A stretch of 62,746 bases of DNA, filler included, from Choristocarpus tenellus KU-1152 (lineage: Eukaryota > Protista > Phaeophyceae), in assembly GCA_964200185.2 (NCBI GenBank). It is 7 parts of 7 records of this genome, joined end to end, with 100 filler letters (N's around TTAATTAATTAA, not from the genome) between each part and the next. Parts side by side here need not be neighbours in the genome. Positions count along the whole stretch, not along the records: positions 47,200 to 59,009 come from CAXNAD020002127.1; positions 59,110 to 62,746 come from CAXNAD020018810.1; 5 more parts are not named here. One strand, written 5' to 3'. The translations under genes were made by a program, and so were the position numbers. This document shows, piece after piece, positions 50,997 to 62,225 of the stretch. How positions within the stretch are numbered: the stretch's first letter is position 1; each line of letters starts with the position of its first letter. The notes beneath the pieces are model-generated. The model ran no database searches. It saw only the letters and a program-made list of their open reading frames with translations, and was not told the origin of the DNA.

Positions 50997-53900
50997 ATGC
51001 TGGACACAGAGGGAAGACCCTTAGCTTTGCAAGATCAAGATCGACAGGGGTCATTAGTGCAAGCTCGAAGCAGTGTCGAACGTCACGTCAATATCAACGG
51101 AACCTCGTTCAAGGCAAGTAGTGTGAGTTGGTGTCCGTTAATTCGATGTCATGCGTTGTATCTCCACCATGTCGAATCCACTGGAGTGGACTATTGTCGG
51201 GTCGTCTGCTTCTTGTAAACCGTATAGTCGGCATAGAAATGCCACAATTAATAGGTATATCAGCCCTCGTTCTGGCGTGTTTGATCGGTTTTCGCGTCTC
51301 TCTAATACCTTGGTGTACATCTAAACATGAACACTGACCTCCTACAGATCCCTGAGCGCTATGGACAGTTGAGAGCGGTGGGGAAGGGGTCGTATGGCGT
51401 GGTATGTTCAGCTGTAGACCAGCAGTTGGACGAGAATGTGGCCATCAAGAAGATTACTCCCATGGCGGCGCACAGGTAAAGAGTGTTCCAGGAGGTCCCA
51501 AAATCCACACTGGGGCCTGCCACAACGAGGATGATTCTCATGATTCATCAGGTGCTCACTCCTCATTGTAGCGCATGATTTTGCACGCAGTGTAGGGTCG
51601 TTTTGCGCTTAGTCCTCCTCTGGCCCGTACGTACGCTCGCATTCTTTGCTCTGTCGCAGGATCGATGCCAAACATGTGTTGAGAGAAGTGAGGGTGATGC
51701 GTCATCTAGGGGTACACGAAAACATCATCACTCTTAAAGACCTCTTCTGTCGGGAGGTGGGTTATAGCTGTGATGGTGCAGGTGCATCAAGTGCTCTCGG
51801 GAAGCATGCCATAGCGGATAGCTCCCCCCTTCCTAGGCTGTTCCTATGTGATATGCTATTCAGCAGGAGTTAGTTCTTTGCTTTGAAATCATTATGAAAT
51901 GTGGATATCAACACTCTCAATTCAACTCAGGGCATACTCTTCGCACTTCTGTTGCAGCACCTCTAGTTTTGGATTGTTGTACATCCATAGATACTAATAT
52001 TGGATCCTGTGATCCTCAAACTGCCAGGTGGATGATGAGCTTTATATTGTGATGGAGCTGCTGGAATCGGATTTGCACCGCGTTATTCACTCCTCCCAGG
52101 TGCTAACTGATCAGCACCATTGTGTGTTCATGCTGCAACTGCTGAGAGGGGTGCAGTTCCTACATGAAAACAACATTATCCACAGAGATCTTAAGCCTGG
52201 TACGTCTATGTGCTAAAAATTCACAATTCCATTACCTCAACCCTAATCTACCCAATCAGCCCCATTTCTCATGCAGCCGTACTATGTAAATGCATGATTG
52301 AGTGCTTGAAATTTGATCATTTAGTGATGAAATGCAGTCTGTGAAAGTAAGACTGGTTAAACCAAATCTCGCCAACAGTACACACCTACACTTATCTTGC
52401 AAATGCGTCCACACACTTACGCCTGCCACTTGTTACACACCCACTCCCTTTCATAACCCCTTCCTATCGTTATGGTGACAGGAAATCTTTTGGTGACACG
52501 ACATTGTGAACTGAGGATATCAGACTTTGGGCTAGCCCGGGCTGTGCCTGGGAAGAATGATGCCAGTTGCCAGGAGGAAGACAGTGGGGAAGCAATGACT
52601 GAGGTTTGCCTACCTAAGATTTGTGCAACTGGAAGCGAATGACATTTGGATTTATGTGTATGATTGCTGTATAGAGAAACTTTGAAAAATCACAACCTTG
52701 TAGCTATTGAATTGCTTTCAATTGAATTTTGATCAAGCTACTGATATAGATAGTGCTTACTCTACAGGAAATGAGTGCTTGGTTTTGGGTGTTGGATAGG
52801 TGTGTATGTAGGGCCCTGACTTGGTGCTGCTATATTTCCTGCTAATTTGCAATTTACACATTGCATGCCTTGTGCTCTTTTTCCTGTTAACTTATTTTTC
52901 TGAATTGAAGTATCTGTTGATAGCTAGGGTAGGGAATTTCTTCTTGTTGAGTTCAATGTGGGTTTAAGGCTTCATGGAGATCATTGACTTTTTTTTTTCT
53001 GTCCCACTCTACTCCCATTTTCTATTCACATTTAGACCCTAACACTTTTTCCTGTTCCTCCCCTCCACGCCCCCCACTAATTCCCAGCATGTTGTCACCC
53101 GATGGTATCGCCCCCCTGAACTGATGCTCTCACCTAATGGCTTTTACGACTTTAGTGTGGACATCTGGTCAGTGGGGTGCATATTTGCAGAGCTCATTGG
53201 GAGGCGACCGTTATTCCCTGGTGAGGAAAAAAGAAGGCATATCGTTTTGTTCCCACCTTTTTGTGATAGTGTACGATATTTTATATCGTATACTGATTAA
53301 GCTGTTTGGTTATGATCATGTAAGATATGTCAGAAATATCACCGATATTGATGATAAAATTATGATCAGAGCTATTGAAGAAGAAATTTCTATTTTTGAG
53401 CTAACAAAAAAAACTAACTATTTTCATGATGATATGGATTATTTAGGTTGGTGTTCTGATCCTCTTGTCTTAAACTTCCTTTCCCCCTGCTCCCACCCTC
53501 TCTGTTTTATCTGGTACTGTGGAGTACAAACCTTTGTTGGAAATTTTATCTTCTGTTTGAATGGTCCCCAACCAATTCTATAGGTCACGACCTGTGCACC
53601 TTCACCTCTGTCTTTCCTTCTTTCATGAGTAAATATTCAAACTGGCCACACCCACTTCCTTGTCACCACTGTCCCACCCCCTTTCCTCCTGTCCCACCCT
53701 CCCAAATCCCATGCTTGCTTGCCTTTATCTTGGCAGGAGGGGACTTTGTGCACCAGCTAGCTCTCATCTTTGATGTGGTTGGTGCACCCCTCCCAGATGA
53801 AGTGTCTCACATCCGTGGCTCCCAGGCTCGCAAGTTCTTGGCAAAATTGAATAGCAAACCTGGGAGGGACATGGCTGAGGTCCTACCTACCGCCACAAGA

Positions 53901-56900
53901 GAGGCAGTGTCACTGCTGCAGAAAATGCTATGTTTTGACCCTCAAAAAAGGCTTAGACCTGAGGAGGGACTGTTGCACAAGTACTTTGAGTCCATCTGGT
54001 GAGGGGTAGGCAGAATGAGTGAATTGACCGTTGTACAATATCTTGATCCTCAATCTTTCCATACTCAAAATCACTGCTCAAATTCACTATGTGTGAAATT
54101 GCCAATAGTTCATTTTTTACCTCTAATGTAGCCTAACAATATCCATGGTTCACTCCTCTGCCCACCTGTTTCCTTTGACCACAATCTATGATTATAGTGA
54201 TGAACCCCAGTTGAGTGTTGAGCCACCGAATGAGCTAAATTTCGACTTCGAGAGGGGACTATCCAGGGAGGAGCTCCGTGAACTCATTTTGGAGGAGATA
54301 TGCCAGTTTCCCTCGGGAGAGTATCTCAGATCTTGTCAAGGAATGATCTCCCAGGAGGAGAACTCATCCCCTTCTCAGGTGGATGAGACCCCCGAGGACC
54401 AAGATAACCTCTTATTGATCAAGAAGAACACACAGGTGATAGAAGGGGAGCCAATATCATTGCAACCTCAAGCATCAAGTCGTCCACCAGGCCCATGTAG
54501 ATCTCCTGCAGAGTACGGTGCTGAGGTTATTGCTGTGTCCACTTCTCGTGCCGAAACCACCACTACTCAGGCCACTGACACATCCACTTGTGAGAATGAG
54601 GTCCCAGGTGGGGTAGCAGCCACAGTGACTGAATTAAGTCAACCAAATGGGAGAAAAGTGGCGTGCCAGAATGTCGAAGATCATGGGGTTGCTGCACAAT
54701 CTGCTAATTTGGGGTGGGATGCCATTGGGAACAGGCGAATCTGTGAGCATGGTGGTTGTGGGGATGGAGGCGGTGTCACCCTTCCTATCAAGCAGACCGA
54801 TCATCAAGGCAATGTGAATCAAAATGATTTGTCTAAGAGGAGTTCTGAGCAACGGAGTCTTAAGGTGCTCCCTGCATCCCCGCTACTTAATTTTGTGATG
54901 GATGCAGACTGCATAAGGAGCAAGGGGGCTTTTAATGATGCCATCAGTCCCAGCATAGGGATATGCCGGAATGCGAAGCGGGGACAAAGGAAAGGTCTAT
55001 CGGGTCGCTCTGTTCCAGGCAGGTTCTGGGCCTCTGATGATGAAGAGGTGGGTGTCTGCGCATCAAAGTATTTTAGTGAGACTTCCAAGGACAAGAACAA
55101 CAAAGAAACAGGAATAGCACATGACGGAGGACATGGGCAGGCAGGTGGAGGTACAGATGAGGGTGGGGGTGGAGTGGATGTTGGGATGGAGGTTGAGAAG
55201 GAGCAATTGGATGGGTCATGTCTGGGTGGCCTGTCTCGGGGGAAGGAGGGGCAGGTGGCCAGAGTCGTGGATACTTGGTCTGAGGTTCCTAGAGCTTCTC
55301 CCATGGCTACATTAGAAAGAAAATTAGGACATAGTAGTGCTCTTGGGGTCAAGGATTTCCCTCTCAAGGCTCTGGGAGAGAAGGTAAAATCCCTTAGAGT
55401 GGCCACTGTTGCACCATCTCCCATGACTGGGCACACAAGCAGACCGGGTGATATTCAGGAACTGGGGGAGAATAAGGATCTGGCAACTGTGCCGAGTAGA
55501 TTCCTTTCAGCCAAGGCCCAGTCAAGTCTCCAGATCTGTCCCAGACCTTGCAGAATTGTTGCTGATAATGGATTGCGAAATTGTTTAGATGCCAGAAGTC
55601 ATGGGTCCCTGCTCCAAGCTAGAGATGCCAGGCCGGTGGGCAGGACAGGTCTTGATCCTTCATGTTCAGCACATGGACTAGAGAAAGTGTTACCCTTGCA
55701 GGTAGTGCAGCCGCCACAGGTTCCTTTGCAGTCAGCCAATGTCACAAAGGGTTGCTTCCCTGGTAGGATCCAGGCCTCCTCGCCGACCTCAGGAGCTCTG
55801 CTGTCAGGAGCTTCGTCTAGATGCAGTCCCCCGCCTTTGCTTCCCCTGAGGCGAGTGTCCTGGAGCAGAGAGCGGAAAGGTCGGGGCAGATCAAGTAAGA
55901 TTTGGTCATCACCATCGGTAGAGCGAGGGGTGGTGAGGAGGAAGAGCAAGCTGGTAGGAAAAGTATCAAGGCAAGGATTCACAGAAGGGGTTGAGGTCGT
56001 GTTTGGTGAGACTGGAAGAGATGTGTCAAGGAGGAGCAGGAGTTCAAAGGATCGCCCACAAGAGAGGGTCAGTGGCGAAGACTTTCCTGAGCCTACAATA
56101 TGTCAAAACCAAAAATCATGGGTGTGGAAGGAACCTGTGAAGACGACAGCAAAGAAAGTAACAGCACCAGTAGAAGCAGAGAAAACAGTGGCCACTGTGA
56201 ATTGGACTTGGGACAAGGTTGACTCACTGAGACGTAGAGCAGCTGCTGCTGGGACTGATGAGGGGATGAAGACAGAGGAGTTGGGGGAAGGAGGGAGTGG
56301 CCAAGCACTGAGTGAGGGGCGGAAGGCGATGACAAACCCTTGCCAGACTCAGGCTAAGGGCGTGCACCAGTCAGGATTAACGAGAGGGGACTTGCTCCAG
56401 GCAGAGCAATTCAGGGCAATACATCAACTGGATACCACTAAACGCAAGGTGGGTCACAGGCATAGCCTCTAATATATATATATATATATTTTGTTGCGCT
56501 GGGACAACTACAAGGCAGGTAGGGGAATCTAAAAGGGATTCCATGATATGGGAAGTCTTAATGGTAAGCTAAGGACTGTACCTTAGGAAAGAAATATGGT
56601 GAAACAGTTACCAAACGGTGGGTGCACTTGAAAAGATCAAACGAAACCAAACAGCTCAACTGAGCCAAGAAACTTGATTGTTTGAATTTACTTTCCATAT
56701 TCATTGTTCCCCACTAGCTTTGCTACAATCTAGTGTGCTACTGATGGGAGATGTAATGGGGCAGGCAGTTTTGCTGTGTTGGTCCATTTTTCAACCAGAT
56801 TGCTCCTTTCCTTCCTAATTTTTATGTCAACTGTAATCGTTTTTCAATATTTGCTGCTATTAGGATGGGCCCTAATATTAATAGCCAGGGAATTGTTTCC

Positions 56901-57861
56901 CAGGTATGATCTTCATTTGATTAACATAGGCTGCGTTGGTGTTTTTGAGGGAGCTTCAAGGGTAGCACTAGGGTCAACGTATCTGGGGGGGGGGTGCCGG
57001 CGTCCTTTTTTCACCCTTTTTTCGATTTTCGATTTTCGCTTTTTTGGTGTAATTTGGTCGCACGCGTCAGATTTGAAATGTTAGCAAAAAAAACGTGGTT
57101 TGACCGAAACAGACACCCCCTCACAAACCACCCCCCCCCCAAGATACTTTGACCCACTATTAATACGAGTATATTCAACAGCAACTGCCTGTCTTGCTGT
57201 ACAAGCCACTGAGCACACAAAAACAATGAGCTATCACCTAAGCTGACTACCCGTCACTCACACTATCCCTCTGCCTCCGCACTGAAATGTTTTGAAGGCA
57301 ATGAATAAGAGGACTCCACTGGGTCACCAGTACAGTGGCTGCAGCAGTGGCAGTGAGTATTCTATCTTGAGCAGGGAAAGGCTTCCGCCTATCTTGTCAC
57401 CAACATATGAATCTCAAAAGTGGCAAGGGAGTAATGATAGCACTGCTGTTGGTTTGAGGAGGCTGAATCTGCAGACATCTTTGATGGATGACGGTCCCAA
57501 ATCACGGGCTTCTACAGCTAGCACCTTTTCTGTACTCCACAGTGCCAGAGAGCATGGTTCTGGAGGAAAGGGTATCAAATGCGAGGAAGACACAGTAACT
57601 CCCCTGGTTGGTGCCTTCCGCACCTCAAAGACAAAGGCTTTTACCACAATTTTTTCATCCAATGCTGTTGTTGCTTCCACAACCATGCGACAAAATTTTG
57701 GTGAGAACTACAGCAATGACTGTGGTAGACAGGGTTGCCTGGGTGGGGTTGCTGTCAAGAGTGAAGGAGTCGCAACTAAAACATTGCAGCTTCCAAAGAT
57801 GACTGGCAGAGAAGTTGTTCCGAAGGTTGTCCCATGGACATGGGGGGAGATGGAGCGGTAA
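50997..57861 (+). CDS. Mitogen-activated protein kinase with TEH activation loop and ~900-aa low-complexity C-terminal extension
   Basis: Exons 50997-51113 (GC donor), 51348-51475, 51660-51756, 52028-52199, 52482-52603, 53088-53220, 53737-53998, 54198-56448, 57298-57861. Motifs [57 protein letters not shown]|[37 protein letters not shown]. Confidence 0.94.
53263..53450 (+). pseudogene. cysS: Fragment of bacterial cysteinyl-tRNA synthetase (Rickettsiales-like) inside MAPK intron 6
   Basis: Translates [62 protein letters not shown], including the CysRS hallmark [14 protein letters not shown]-rich relative to host exons; no start codon, HIGH or KMSKS. Confidence 0.85.
56971..57155. mobile_element. 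MITE family A (variant internal sequence), in last MAPK intron
   Basis: GGGTCAACGTATCTGGGG...AGATACTTTGACCC; 4-bp TSD ACTA/ACTA. Confidence 0.88.
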
Positions 57862-59009
57862 ATGCGGCAGTTGTGCTGTAGTACTGTGTGTGTCAGAGAG
57901 TATCTGAAAAATGTGGGATGTCAATTGGTTGGGTATGTACCCTCCCTCTTACTGTAGTCAGTGCCAAGGTAGTTTTGTTCCTTGATTTTGGGATGACAAT
58001 GATTGAGAGGAGTATTGGGATTGTTGTGTGAGGACCTATGGGCTTTTACCTTAGGGTGCTGGGCGTCATGTTGTTTTTCCCCCTAGTTTTGGTTGAACCT
58101 TTTGATCATTTTCCTTGAGAACGGTATATATACTATGTGCAGGTGTTGTCCTTGCCACTATGTTGAAATTTAGACAGACAAGAGAGGCACAGGAGGGGTT
58201 AATGCTGTTTAGGTTTTGAGTACCCCCCTCCCCCCCTTGTGAGCCACATTACATAGCCCCCACTTTAAGATTTAGGATGAGGGCATTAGAATTTAGATAA
58301 TGCTATGGACAGATGTTAGGAGTCATTTGTCTGGACATATAGGGAGAGGGGAACAAGAGGATAGGAATGCTTATGGGGCATGAATAGTTGGGGGAATAGT
58401 TAGGTTGATCTTTCGCCTCAGATAGGTTCTGTTTCTTCGAAATCTATCCTTGAGTTTTTAGTTGAGTCTCGTGCTGTGTGCGTTGTTCCCTGTGGCATAC
58501 TCGTAGCTTTTGTCCCTGTGATTGTGAATGTGTACGTATGATTAGCAGCGACGCTGTTGAGAGCTTTTCTATCTACTGTATAGCATTACCCCCAGAGTGG
58601 GGACCCTTGGTCTGTATTGTGTAGTGGAGCTTCCCTTTACGAGGGAGATGTGGTCAAAGCCATTGTGGGTGCACAGTGCTACCCTGTGACTGGGGCATGT
58701 CCTTGCACCTTGTTGCATGTTTCTTTCTGATCTAAAGTCGACCAAATAGAAGGGGTTGCTCTTTGTCAAGCTGTGAGTGGCTGGCGAAGTGGAGCAGGTT
58801 ATTGCAGGAGATGCACATTCTGTAGAACAGAGAGGCAGAGGGTTTTCGGAGTTCTTCTGGCTGTGTCTCATCAAGGCAAGACCAGATTACACATGGAGAG
58901 ATCTGGGGGGGACGGTAGGGTTTGAGATTAAGTGAAGAGTATGTTTATGGGGTGAGAAACAGGGAGGGGGAGGGGTGGGTTATTCATGGACATATTTTTT
59001 CTTTCATAG

Positions 59010-59109
59010 NNNNNNNNNNNNNNNNNNNNNNNNNNNNNNNNNNNNNNNNNNNNTTAATTAATTAANNNNNNNNNNNNNNNNNNNNNNNNNNNNNNNNNNN
59101 NNNNNNNNN
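59010..59109. other. Artificial contig spacer
   Basis: N44-TTAATTAATTAA-N44. Confidence 0.97.
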
Positions 59110-59318
59110 CTAAATACAATGTTGTGATTTTGATGTAAGTTTGGCTATTGTGTTTGTTAGTAAGTGTAAATATCTATGTTTCGGACATACCTTTTCATAA
59201 TGTATACATTTTACCTACTCCAAAACATTTTGGAGTCGAAAAATCTATTTTAAAAAAACATGGGAAGCCAAGCCCCACAAACAGGGAAAAAATCGTACCC
59301 TCTAAGATAGTTTCACTC
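59110..59318. mobile_element. MITE family B, truncated by gap
   Basis: Colinear with ~30280-30502; ends TACCCTCTAAGATAGTTTCACTC. Confidence 0.8.
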
Positions 59319-59665
59319 TAGATCTCATCTATTGTACCTTGTTGGCCATTTATTTATATATATTTAGTCATTATGAGGCGATAAATTTGGCGTGCATGGT
59401 TGTTCAGTCCTATATGTATAACCCAATGAAAGCAATAAACTAGAAAATCGAAGTGAGAGATACAGCTTTCCACTAAGGCATCTTTTGTAAGCCTCGTCTA
59501 CATCCTAAAGGCTCATAGATTGGAGCTATATATCCCATCATGGCAAGCTTTACCGAACGTTTTTTAACATGTATTGGCAGATTCCAGTTGCTGAAGCTGA
59601 TACTGATAAGGCTGCTCTTGGTACTTCCAGGGGAAACAAAATATATTTTAAAAGAGTATGGTGTT

Positions 59666-60731
59666 GGCAGTCGCCTCAAGGACAGAATTTGTCCTACTCT
59701 AACTTTTGATCGGAGTCGAGTTTTCGTCAAAATGAAGCTTGTTGTGACCCTTGAATCACTCCTAACACAATTAGATAGAGGTTGGAGTTGGTTGTGGTGC
59801 GATCGGCGAGAGGGCGATTTTCCTCATTAAAATCAAGATACTCAGAAGTCCGTCCGTCCGTCGTCCAGTATATGGCTTGGAGGACTGTTTCTCCTCTCAT
59901 AGGACGAGTTTTTTCATGGGAGAAGAAGGGTCGTGATCCTCCATGTCTCACCTGTCTGTGTGTAACCCTAAACTCTCCATTGTTATTGTAGCTCCACTGT
60001 TATGCCTTAAAGCTCATCAGACAGCAGCCAGCCAGCCAGCCCTCATCATCGAGCTTGACCAAGAATGCAGGCTCTTCGTCGTAGTCACGACCCCTCCTTG
60101 ATTTCTTGTTCCGCAATGATTGACTGGTCCACTCGATCAAGCGTGAGTTCCCCTCTCGACACACGGCAATCACTAGCGCGTATGCTCTGCCCAACCTCTT
60201 TCTTCGACTTCTGTGAAACTTGAAGCCTGGAGGTAGAAACCGTACCACAATACCCAGCATATCCTTCGACAAAGGGACTTCCGCAGCCATTGTGCCCACT
60301 TCTGCGTGGACAATCTACGTTGTAGTGAGCTGCTTGCGAAGGTTCAGCTCCGAAAGTCTCGCACAGTATATTGTTAATAGTCACCTTTTTGATAGCATCA
60401 CAGGTCTTGATAAATTTTCGAGGTGATGCAAGGCGTCCTGATGGGTGATCAGGACATCAAATTAAAGCTGAGATTATTGGCAGTCGATTGGCGCAAAGAT
60501 TTCTGGTTGTAGAAAAATTGGTAGGATCTTCAGCAATTTTAATTTTCTTGGCTATTCAACCGAACCTTTCGGGCATTTATTATCTCAACACAAAGTAATT
60601 TTCAATCGGATTTCTTTGCCCCGATCGACGGCATTTGATCTCAGCATAAATTTGATGTGCTGATCACCGACCAGGACGACTTGCATCACCTCGAAATTTA
60701 TTAAGCCAGTCTTATCCTAGAGCCGACTGCC
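59666..60731. mobile_element. Candidate TIR-bounded insertion within Gypsy RT
   Basis: Left GGCAGTCGCCTCAAGGACA versus right-end reverse complement GGCAGTCGGCTCTAGGATA; flanks TATGGTGTT / (T)TACGGGAAT are weakly similar. Confidence 0.5.
60406..60705. repeat. Long imperfect inverted repeat (arms ~93 bp, loop ~113 bp)
   Basis: 60406-60499 is a close reverse complement of 60613-60705 (TTCGAGGTGATGCAAG.CGTCCTG...GGTGATCAG.ACATCAAATT). Confidence 0.9.
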
Positions 60732-62225
60732 TTACGGGAATTCAAATAGCCACCGGCAATTTTCAAAAAATCGTGTCGTTAGCATTTGCCATATTTGACC
60801 CACTTAATGGGTTTAACCGTGTACATAGATGATTTGACTTTTTGTTCTCCCGCATGGCAAGGACCAATTATACTAACTAGAGTGGCAGTTTAAAGCTTTG
60901 CAAACAGCAGGTTTAACCTTGAAACCATCAAAAAATCATTTTGGACCTAAAAAGTCAGCTATCTGGGTCGAATTTTGTCATCTCAAGGAATTCGTATCGG
61001 TGAAGATCGGGTTCGTCCCATCACTGAATTACAGAAGACAACCATTATCAAAGAACTTCGATCTGTCCTATGATAAAACTTGTGCGTAAATTTATACCCA
61101 ACCTAGCTACAGTCATCGTGTTACCAAGAAAAGGGAATGGACTGGAAATTGGCATTTTTCAAAAGTGAAACAATTACTCACTGCAATCCTTGTTCACGTA
61201 TTTCCGAACTTTACCAAAGGGTTTGTTGTCTATGTTGACACCAGTTAGAGTGGTGCTGGACGTTTATATAACCACTCTAATCCGATCATCCTAAGGACCT
61301 AGGGATCATTGCTTACTTCAGCAAGAAATTTAATAAAGCTTAATGTCACACTACTCCACTACAATGAAAGAGTGTTATGCAGTAAATTACCACTTCACCT
61401 ACTGGCAGTCGTATCTCTGGGTACACACTTTATGTGCATTACAGATCATGCTGCATTCTCTTACTAGCATAGAATGTAGGATACCAGGAACATACTTGTT
61501 GGGCTAATACACTTCAAGGTTATGCTTTCACTGTCAAATACCAGATTGGTAGCTAAATGTTAAACCTGACACTCTATCTCGTATTTTCAAGTTCAAGGAA
61601 CAGGAGAAATCCGTTGCTCCAATGCTGGCATCCATCTGTCAAAAAATTCTCTTTGTCTTGTCTTCGCATTTCTGGTTGCTTGAATCCTTCTCCCCCAGGA
61701 GATGGAAGCTTAATTCTAGCACTCTCACAGGCAAGTTGGGGGCTGTGGCGGTGTGCTATCACAGCGAGCACATCATATGTAGTTGCTCCTTCCCCTCTGG
61801 TTGAGGCTTAGCCTACTGCTCCTACTGATATCCTGCTCCCCTTGGTGGCAGGTACAATGACTGCTTTTCTTGCTTCTGCGAGAATCTTGGTGCCTCCAAT
61901 CAATGGGGATATCTCCTCAGGGACAAGTGTGGTGACTGCTCCAGGTCTATCTGGCGCAGATTTGGTCACAGACGCAGCTCTGACTGCGTTGCCATGATTG
62001 TTCCCGTCATCTTGTGCAGGTTTCATCTCATCAGGAATATTGACTGTTGTCCGTGGGTCAACTTCAAGTGTCACAGCTAGCACCCCAACATGTTGTGCTA
62101 GTCACAACCTGTTAGTTTCTGACTCTTCCTGGCAAATGATACATTCTCCATATTCCGTTTTCTTTCCACTGTTCCCTTGATGGGTAGAAATCCCCCCGAT
62201 TTCTCCAGATTTATTTGCGACCCAT

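Larger units (their letters stand above)
59560..61555 (+). mobile_element. Decayed Ty3/Gypsy pol (RT-RNase H), split by a ~1.07-kb insert
   Basis: YWQIPVAEADTDKAALGTSRG at ~59572-59634; resumes ~60724 with (RL)PYG, VYIDDL, AGLTLKPSK.HFG, YLG, and later IIAYFSKKF, KECYAV and TDH RNase H motifs; frameshifted. Confidence 0.8.

Noticed and set aside
53137-53583. 148-aa ORF as a real kinase-CysRS fusion or intact cysS gene
   Set aside because: It starts out of frame within the kinase exon and lacks HIGH and KMSKS; only ~62 codons are CysRS-like.
54634-56335. Several minus-strand ORFs up to 205 aa
   Set aside because: Antisense shadows of the long MAPK exon.
61574-62180. ~200-codon minus-strand frame broken by TGA and TAA (possible readthrough or selenoprotein)
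   Set aside because: It also contains TAA, has no redox motif and sits among retroelement relics; most likely decayed TE sequence, family unassigned.
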